From a virus (lineage: Duplodnaviria; Caudoviricetes), in the IMG/VR virus record IMGVR_UViG_3300028887_000070, positions 167,847 to 231,846 of that record: a DNA stretch of 64,000 nt, one strand, 5' to 3'. The position numbers and the translations under genes were made by a program. Below the pieces are notes generated by a model, which worked only from the letters and a program-made list of their open reading frames with translations, made no database searches and was not told the DNA's origin. This document shows positions 56,885 through 64,000 of this stretch, one piece after another. Every line of letters begins with the position of its first letter. Positions within the stretch are counted from its first letter, which is position 1.

Positions 56885-57868
56885 TTAGAAGAAAGAGTTG
56901 AATCTTCCTGCATCGGCAGATTCTATCATCTTGTCTCCATAAGCAACTACTTCATCACCAGGATTAACTTCGGAATCATCGGCACCGCCTACGATTACAC
57001 CATCCTGGTCCTCTTCTTCCTCCTGAGTAGGATTATCCTCAGCCAACTGAGCAGATGCTATGATGTCTGAGATACTATCAAGAGTAGAGAGACAGATCTG
57101 ATAGTTGATAGAGTTCTCGATGTAAGTCTTTGTATCAAAGGACTTCTGAACAGTGAAGTCTACAAGATCCTTGAGTTCCATCAGCTTGTCAGTAACAAAG
57201 TGGAGTATATCCACATTAGTATCAGTCTTAGGGATATCATTGATACGAAGGATGACTGAAGAGATCGTTCCATAGATGTCTATGAAGCGCTGCTTAAGTT
57301 CCTTGTTCTTGATATCGATCTGTTCTGGTGAAAGGTTTGAGAAAAGTTCTGCTTCTATCTTTCGGAGGTCCTCGTAAGTATTGTCTTCAGTTTCCTCTTC
57401 ATCTCCTTCAGACTCTTCTCCTTCTTCGCTAGTTTCACCAGCATCATCTGATTCAGAATCGTCACCGTCATCAGCACCATCGGTGTAGTCGACATCTCCA
57501 TCTGACCCTTCATCATCAGTACCAGTATCGTCACCAGTATCATTAGATTCGTCGTCAGCAGCATCGTCAGCCCCATCAGTGTAGTCAACGTCATCACCTT
57601 CTGAATCGTCCTGGTCATCCTGGCCTTCTTCAGTTGTTTGGTTGTCATCATTGGATTCATCATCTCCTGCTTCATCAGCTCCGTTGGTGTAGTCGACATC
57701 GTCGTCTCCACCAGCATCGTCGGGTGCAGGATCGTTAGACTCATCATCTGCTGCAGTATCAGCACCAGCTGTATAGTCTTCATCATCCTGATTAGCTTGT
57801 GGCTTATTAGTACCGTCATCTACTTCCGCTTCATTGAGCGGATGTCTATATGAACTAAATATGCCCAT
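56885..57868 (-). CDS. highly acidic scaffold-like head protein with DYTxGAD repeats (starts MGIFSS)
   Basis: GGGAGG RBS before ATG 57868; four D-Y-T-x-G-A-D..ES(N/D)D repeats; upstream of the capsid gene. Confidence 0.65.
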   Translation of the reverse strand: MGIFSSYRHPLNEAEVDDGTNKPQANQDDEDYTAGADTAADDESNDPAPDDAGGDDDVDYTNGADEAGDDESNDDNQTTEEGQDDQDDSEGDDVDYTDGADDAADDESNDTGDDTGTDDEGSDGDVDYTDGADDGDDSESDDAGETSEEGEESEGDEEETEDNTYEDLRKIEAELFSNLSPEQIDIKNKELKQRFIDIYGTISSVILRINDIPKTDTNVDILHFVTDKLMELKDLVDFTVQKSFDTKTYIENSINYQICLSTLDSISDIIASAQLAEDNPTQEEEEDQDGVIVGGADDSEVNPGDEVVAYGDKMIESADAGRFNSFF

Positions 57869-57881
57869 ACTGTAACCTCCC

Positions 57882-60521
57882 TTACGTTTCTTTGATATCG
57901 ACAACTCCAGGGAGTCCGATATACTTTTCTTCGAAGTTTACGGCTTCGTCATAACTCTTATCGCCAGCGGTTGTAGGAGTCTTCTCGTTCCAGTTAACCT
58001 TCATGTTATAGCGAAGTCTACTTCTCTGTCTTTCAAGAGCTCTTTGAGTTTGCATGATAGATCTTACAGCCTTGAGGTCATTCCTATCTTCGGCAAGACG
58101 CATATACTTATCACACATCTTGAGCTCTATCTCGATGTCGTCAAGAATTATCTGACGCTCTTTCTTTTGGAGCTTCTTAGAAGTTCCTATAGCACCGAGT
58201 ACACCAATTACTGCAATAGCAGGAGATACTAACCAAGCAGCACCAGTAATGAGTGTAGCCTTGATTGTCTTTGAAGCAGAAGGTAAGAGAGAACCCTTGA
58301 TGATAGCTTCTCTTCTGTCATTAGTAAGAGCCCTCTCTGCAGCTTGAGCAAAGTGACCCATAGTAACGTCAATGTCTTTAGAGATCTTACGATCTTTGTC
58401 TTTGAGCTTAACAGCAGTCTTACCAAGTTTGTCTGCAGCAAGTTTGATCTTGTTAGACAGACTACCCTCGTTAAGAGCTTCTGTTCTACTAATGTCAAGA
58501 AGTTCAAGTACATCTTGTACAGTCTCCTGGACATAGTGGGTATACTCATTAGTAGAGACGATATCAAGATCTGGAATAGAGTCGTCTTCTTCCTGTTCCT
58601 TCAGAGCAGCTATATCTGCAAGAGCCAGATTGATAGGATCTATCTTAGCATACTTGCCATAGCCATTCTCAGAACGGAGACGATGTCTCTCGTATTCGAG
58701 TATAGAAGCATACTCATTCACATCAAAGATGTCTCTATTGAGGATGACTGCTTCTGTAAGTACAGGAATGCAGTCTGCAGTGACATAGTTGATGGAACGT
58801 CTTATAGTATTCATGAGTTCATTCTTATCCCAGTTCATAGATTCTACCAGGATAGAAGTGTCATCGAGATACTTGTACATCTCATCCCATGATCCGAAGT
58901 CGAAGTCGTCGTCATCTGAAGAAGAGTTCTTGTTTCTATTCTCGTAGCGCTCATCTCTCTTCTTCTCGAGTTCTTCTTCTGTATAGAGAGTATCCTCTCT
59001 AGCTTCAAGCTTATCTCTATCAGCTTCGAGTTTCTTAATGTACTCCTTATAGCGCTGTTTGGACTTTTCATCTTTAGTCTTGTTAAGTTTCTCTTGATAG
59101 CGAGAAATCTCTTTGTCATAAGCATCAACAACTTCTCTCATCTGCTTACGAGAGATGTCCATCTTAAGGAAAGCACCAGTAATCAGACCAAAGATTCCGA
59201 GGAATGGTGAGAAGGCAAACATGCCGATGATTGCTGCACCTCTTACTACAGCGAAGATATCAGGAAGTTCCTTGACGATATTCTCTGGTGAGTTACAGAA
59301 GACTCTATGGAGACACTTCTTCAGAGTCTGGATAGATTTGTTATGAGACATCTTGAAAGCATTAAGGTCTCCCTTAATGGTATTCTTCTTATCACCATTC
59401 AACTTCACCTTAGTTACAGTAGGCTTAATCTTCTTACCCTTTTCGTCTTTACGGATAAGCTCTTTATGCTTATCTGAATGAAACTCAAGGATAGTATCAA
59501 TAGCCTCTTCTGTAGAGGTGATTGGCTCGTAGTCTTCATCAAAGATGTAAGAGATTGGAGCAAAGTCGTTATCGTCATAGAACTTAGAGTTCTCTACAAC
59601 GTACTTCATGTCATGAACAAGATCATCCATAGAGAATTCTTCCGAGTCTTGATTGTTGAGCAAGAAGTAATCAGTAACAGCCTCAGCAATGAAGCTGTTT
59701 TCAAGAGGTATACAGTTCTTGTTCATCAGATACATGATATTCTCCAGTGCTATACCATACTTAGCACCGACAGCTATATCATACGAATCTATAAGTGAGC
59801 ACAGCTCGAAGATACAGTCTCTATAAGAACCATCTTCTCTTCGACACTCTCTAACGATCTTATCGAGGTTGAATCTCTTTGAGAGTTTATCGTGGTTCTC
59901 TATGACACGATCGCACTGCTGATTCTTTTGAACACATGCAATCATCATATCATAGCACTCTTCTACCATTGCCTCCTTAGGAGTCTTCTCTTCCTGTCCT
60001 TCTTCACCTTCTGGAGTATTCTTCTTGACAGCTTCGTCCTTACGCTGGTTGAACATGTCATACTTATACTTACGGTTGGGGTGAAGGGTGTTAACGTGGT
60101 GACCCTTGTTATCAAGGTCACGAGTAGTTACAGTAGCATTGGCATGAGTCTGCTTCTCGATCTTAGTATTAGCGATCTTATGCTTACCCATCTTGTAGTT
60201 GTTTAGATGGCGAAGAGCTTTACCATCACGAACTTTGTGAAGTATCTTGCCTTCTATAAGCTCTGAAGCGTTCTTGATGTGGGAAGGTGAGTCATTATCA
60301 CATATCAGCTGGAATAGTTCAAGAACCTGCTGAAAGGCAACAGACTCATCTCTAGATAGACCTCTCCAGTTCTCAAGGACTATCTTAGCATTGTTATAAG
60401 AGTATTGGCTCTTAACGTGTCTGAACAGGGTCTTGATGTTCACGCTAGCGGGAGTCTCCGAGATGATACGGAGATTGTTACTACGCTCTTTGATATCCCT
60501 GGCAGTAAGTTTAGGCATCAC
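57882..60521 (-). CDS. large virion/head protein with two hydrophobic hairpin segments
   Basis: Late-type promoter; ILE, LVE-S, LTE-A and LNE-G sites; two hydrophobic-SP-hydrophobic-coiled-coil units. Confidence 0.6.
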   Translation of the reverse strand: MMPKLTARDIKERSNNLRIISETPASVNIKTLFRHVKSQYSYNNAKIVLENWRGLSRDESVAFQQVLELFQLICDNDSPSHIKNASELIEGKILHKVRDGKALRHLNNYKMGKHKIANTKIEKQTHANATVTTRDLDNKGHHVNTLHPNRKYKYDMFNQRKDEAVKKNTPEGEEGQEEKTPKEAMVEECYDMMIACVQKNQQCDRVIENHDKLSKRFNLDKIVRECRREDGSYRDCIFELCSLIDSYDIAVGAKYGIALENIMYLMNKNCIPLENSFIAEAVTDYFLLNNQDSEEFSMDDLVHDMKYVVENSKFYDDNDFAPISYIFDEDYEPITSTEEAIDTILEFHSDKHKELIRKDEKGKKIKPTVTKVKLNGDKKNTIKGDLNAFKMSHNKSIQTLKKCLHRVFCNSPENIVKELPDIFAVVRGAAIIGMFAFSPFLGIFGLITGAFLKMDISRKQMREVVDAYDKEISRYQEKLNKTKDEKSKQRYKEYIKKLEADRDKLEAREDTLYTEEELEKKRDERYENRNKNSSSDDDDFDFGSWDEMYKYLDDTSILVESMNWDKNELMNTIRRSINYVTADCIPVLTEAVILNRDIFDVNEYASILEYERHRLRSENGYGKYAKIDPINLALADIAALKEQEEDDSIPDLDIVSTNEYTHYVQETVQDVLELLDISRTEALNEGSLSNKIKLAADKLGKTAVKLKDKDRKISKDIDVTMGHFAQAAERALTNDRREAIIKGSLLPSASKTIKATLITGAAWLVSPAIAVIGVLGAIGTSKKLQKKERQIILDDIEIELKMCDKYMRLAEDRNDLKAVRSIMQTQRALERQRSRLRYNMKVNWNEKTPTTAGDKSYDEAVNFEEKYIGLPGVVDIKET

Positions 60522-60545
60522 GATTCCTCCTTCTTGGTATTGAAT

Positions 60546-60558
60546 TTATTATAAAGTT
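60546..60558 (-). promoter_or_regulatory. late-type promoter AACT-N6-TAA
   Basis: AACTttataaTAA. Confidence 0.6.
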
Positions 60559-60605
60559 GACTCTGAACGGATTGAGTTGGGAGCGATTGTAAATGTAAGA
60601 AGAAG

Positions 60606-60632
60606 TGAGGGAACCCATTAAGGGTTCCCTCA
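60606..60632 (-). terminator. terminator after nrdD
   Basis: TGAGGGAACCC-attaa-GGGTTCCCTCA. Confidence 0.75.
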
Positions 60633-60661
60633 TATCTCTGTATCACATTGTTCTTTCTTTT

Positions 60662-61943
60662 TTAGTTATCTGAAGCGTCATGAGGACGTCTCATGCTCTC
60701 TTCGGCCCTCTTTGCGTCGTTCCATGTAACTACATCGCCCACTAAATAGCCTGTTATTCGTCTGATTCTCTCGAATCTGATATGGTCTTCTGATTCCTTA
60801 CGTCCACAGCATGGACAAGTATCACCGATGATGCCAGTGTATCCACATACTGGGTCTCTATCTACAGGGTGATTGATAGCACCGTAGCCGATTCCCTGAT
60901 CATGCATACAACGTACTACCTTCTCGATAGAAGCTACATTCTCTGATGTATCACCATCGAACTCGATGTATGTGATATGACCAGCATTAGTAAGCTCATG
61001 GAAAGGAGCTTCAAGTTTGATCTTGTCGAATGCAGAGATCTTGAAGTTTACAGGAATGTGGAATGAGTTAGTATAGAACTCCTTATCTGTTACTCCTTCT
61101 ATGATGCCGAACTTCTTTCTGTCGATTCTGAGGAATCTACCACAAAGTCCTTCTGCAGGTGTAGCAAGGAGTGAGAAGTTAAGTCCAGTCTCTTCAGCCA
61201 TCTGATCAGTTATCTCACGCATAAACTTAACGATGTTGATAGCTTTCTGTTCATACTCCTCACCTTCACCATGATGGTGTCCATACAGACACTTCATAGC
61301 TTCAGCGATACCAATGAATCCTATAGAGAGTGTACCGTTCTTGATAACCTCTCTTACTTCATCAGTCCACTTGAGTTTATCGGAGCCAATCCATACTCCC
61401 TGGCCCATAAGGAATGGGAAGTTATAGACATGTCTCTTAGCCTGAATCTCAAATCTCTCAAGAAGCTGAGACTTAGCAACTTCCATATAGTATCTGAGAT
61501 CGTTGAAGAACTTCTCTTCTGAACCGCCTGACTCTATAGCAAGTCTAGGAAGGTTGACAGAAGTGAATGAGAGATTTCCTCTACCATGAGTAATCTCATT
61601 CTCAGGATCATAGTGATTGCCAATAACTCTTGTACGGCAACCCATATAAGCAATCTCTGTTTCTGGACGTCCCTCTACATAGTACTGCTTATTGAACGGA
61701 GCATCAATGAATGAGAAGTTAGGGAAGAGTCTACGTGATGTAACCTCACAAGCCTGCTTGAAGAGGTCGTAGTTAGGATCTTCCTTATTGTAGTTGATAC
61801 CTTCCTTTACCTTGAAGATAACGATTGGGAAGATAGCAGTTTCTCCATGTCCAAGACCTTCATTCATAGCCTTGAGGAGATTCTTGGTAACCATTCTTCC
61901 TGCAGGAGAAGTATCAGTACCAAGATTTACACTGGAGAAAGGT
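60662..61943 (-). CDS. nrdD: anaerobic ribonucleoside-triphosphate reductase, 3' exon
   Basis: PFSSVNLGTDTS, YMGCRT, GRGNLSFTS, ATPAEGL, YTNSFH and RRITGYL (glycyl radical) motifs. Confidence 0.93.
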
Positions 61944-63151
61944 CAGTTGTGTTATCGTATAGGCTTTTTATCCTATACTTCTGGAGGTCACCCTCATACG
62001 ATTTACTAAGAATCGATACGTCTGTCAATTCAGACCAGCTCAGCGTACATTTCTACCCTCGTCATTACGTTAGGACCACGGGGCGCAACTCCCGCAGCAA
62101 TGCCCTATAGACATTGTATCGGATACTCTTGGTGGGATTATATTCCTCTCGGTGTTGAGGTTTCACCCACTACGCGTTACGATACTGATACTTGTTAAGG
62201 TATCAGTTATCTCGGTATTAACTCGGTATGATTCCATTGAAGAAGTCTTCGAACTTCTTCTTCTTTCTTTCCAGATAGATGTGAGAGTCAGTATACATGT
62301 AGTTGTAGAATAACTTTATGTCTTCTTTCCTCTCTATTCTTATGGCATATAACTGAGTATCAGTATCAGATTTCCGTAATGAATACTTTGACACACCAAT
62401 GTCATTTAATATCATCTGTAAGTCTTCTATGACAACAGGAAACCCTAATAACTCTATACAACCTCTAATAGCAACACTATTTAGATCTTCTGGATGCGAT
62501 CTTCTGTAATAGAATGATCCATCGCCATCAAACAATCCTCTAACCAAATGTCTAGTCAAGTTTGGTGGAAGTATAGGAATTTCTCTGTAGCTCTTACCAT
62601 ACCCAGCACCTATATCTTCCAAATTTGACACTATCTTTTGGCTAGAGATTCTCATTGTATACCACGTACTAATATAACCAGTATCGCGTATCTTTGTACT
62701 ACATGTAAGTTTGTAAGGATTGTTAATAGCTTCTGAGAACTTTTCAAGCATATAGCTATCAGCATCTTGTAATGTGAATGTTGCTACAGGTTTTCTTCCA
62801 TTATTGTACTTTATACACCCGTCTGCTATAAAGAAACCTAAGTAGTATGCTTGTTCCTCCGTTTGTATACATTCGAAGTAGTTCTCTACTGTGTTTCTGT
62901 TACGGACGTCTATTATATTTCTCTTGTTTGTGGTAGACTTCATAACTCTACCAAGTTGAGACTTAGAACATCCAGTGATCTGTTGCAATTCTTTGCTGCT
63001 GATCTTATTTCCTAAATATATCATACGTAAGATTGAATCGTCCATATTTTCACCTCCTCTGTATATGATAATATATGGAATCATACTCGAGTCTTCACCG
63101 ATATTACCCGAGCTCCGTATAAGGTTTCCCTTATACTAGGCAACTTTCTTT
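61944..63151 (-). mobile_element. group I self-splicing intron (1208 nt) in nrdD
   Basis: Excision restores GAQ-V(GT|A)-PFSS. 5' exon ends in U with P1 AGGU/GCCU (U.G pair); terminal G; P10 AGAAAG/CUUUCU; P2 GAAA tetraloop; P4 AUCGGU/ACCGAG; P7 GCGUA/UACGC. Confidence 0.9.
62218..63045 (-). CDS. intron-encoded double-motif LAGLIDADG homing endonuclease
   Basis: AYYLGFFIADG and LVRGLFDGDG motifs; AGAGGAGGTG RBS before ATG 63045; more AT-rich than the flanks. Confidence 0.88.
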   Translation of the reverse strand: MDDSILRMIYLGNKISSKELQQITGCSKSQLGRVMKSTTNKRNIIDVRNRNTVENYFECIQTEEQAYYLGFFIADGCIKYNNGRKPVATFTLQDADSYMLEKFSEAINNPYKLTCSTKIRDTGYISTWYTMRISSQKIVSNLEDIGAGYGKSYREIPILPPNLTRHLVRGLFDGDGSFYYRRSHPEDLNSVAIRGCIELLGFPVVIEDLQMILNDIGVSKYSLRKSDTDTQLYAIRIERKEDIKLFYNYMYTDSHIYLERKKKKFEDFFNGIIPS

Positions 63152-64000
63152 ACCTGTGCGCCACATCTGCTATGCATTGTATTGAGATTGTGTACGAATG
63201 CTTCCATAGCCTGATGTGCTTCTTTGTCTGTTTCTCGTAACGAATCATCCAATGCAGTCTGAATAATCTTCTCGAGATATGATACTACATTGACGTCATC
63301 GCTAGATACAATGTTATTCTCCTCAAGCTTCTTAGCCATCTCATAGATAGCATTATAAGTAGGTCTTACCAACTTAGTACTGAGCTGTCCGTCGAGGCTA
63401 TCGAGTACAGACTTCGTCATATCGGGCATTAACTCGTCTAACTTCTTTCGTGTTTCTCCTCCAGGAGTTATGTAATACGAGAACGCAAAGTCGAATAGCT
63501 TGCTGAAGTTGTCTTTGAAGTGCTTTGCAAAGCTCTTCTCTACATACTTAGCGAGTCCGTAGTCGAGGTTAGGAATGCTCTGTCCGCCGTGACAATCATT
63601 CTGATCGCTCTGTATAGCTATAGCTGCTAATGCAGCTGCCGACAGTATAGTAGCAGGTTCTCTAAGGTATCCATGGCCAGTATTGAAACCGCCCTCGAGG
63701 ATCTTCTTAGCGTCGATCTGACAGCAAGTAACAGTGAGGTCGTAGAAGTCAAGGTCATGTATATGTATATGACCATCTCTATGAGCCGTAGCTGCTGTAC
63801 GATTGATACGATTGTCGAGATAATACTCCTTAGACACATTAGCTCCGATCTGAAGCATAGTGCCCATAGCAGTATCACCATTCACATTAGCGTTGTCACG
63901 CTTAAGATTGCTGTCTTCAGAGTCCTTACCGAGGATCTCTTCCATACATTCAGCAGTCTTGTTACGGGTGTTACGGATCTCGTCACGCTTCTTACGATAG
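63152..64000 (-). CDS. nrdD: anaerobic ribonucleoside-triphosphate reductase, 5' exon (runs off the window)
   Basis: DNAN, GHIHIHDLDFY, TCCQID, QNDCHGGQS and HNLNTMHSRCGAQ motifs; frame open to 64000. Confidence 0.92.

Noticed and set aside
60662-63945. nrdD as a pseudogene, two genes, or intein-containing
   Set aside because: The insertion has stop codons and group I RNA hallmarks, and its removal restores the conserved GAQVPFSS sequence.
1-64000. CRISPR arrays, tRNA or rRNA genes, IS transposases, integrase
   Set aside because: None recognisable by eye; tRNAscan-SE and a CRISPR finder would be needed to exclude them formally.
1-64000. Alternative genetic code (stop-codon reassignment)
   Set aside because: Long genes are intact under code 11, and TAA, TAG and TGA all end genes at sensible positions.

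Overview
A 64-kb segment of a jumbo myophage of the phiKZ/PBS1-AR9 type (multisubunit-RNAP group). AGGAGG-type RBSs, NrdD and Gram-positive-type cell-wall hydrolase domains suggest an anaerobic Firmicutes host (inference). The standard genetic code fits. The window holds head genes (probable major capsid protein, four internal-head paralogs, acidic scaffold-like protein, HEXXH peptidase) and tail/baseplate genes (gp6-like wedge, 4376-aa tape measure with C39-like, lysozyme and M23 domains). It also encodes a split B-family DNA polymerase catalytic subunit, a beta'-C-like RNAP subunit plus SF2 helicase, RusA, dCTP deaminase, a PC4/YdbC ssDNA-binding protein, and nrdD interrupted by a group I intron with a LAGLIDADG endonuclease. 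Two promoter classes are readable: early-type TRYATAnnAT and late-type AAC(A/T)-N6-TAA, the latter resembling the AR9 late consensus. The main unexplained feature is a ~155-nt promoter plus two-domain structured 5' leader, present twice with covarying stems and a possible loop-loop pseudoknot. One copy heads a stand-alone AcrIII-1 (DUF1874) ring-nuclease anti-CRISPR cassette, the other an unknown 148-aa gene. Product calls come from motif recognition only; no database searches were run.
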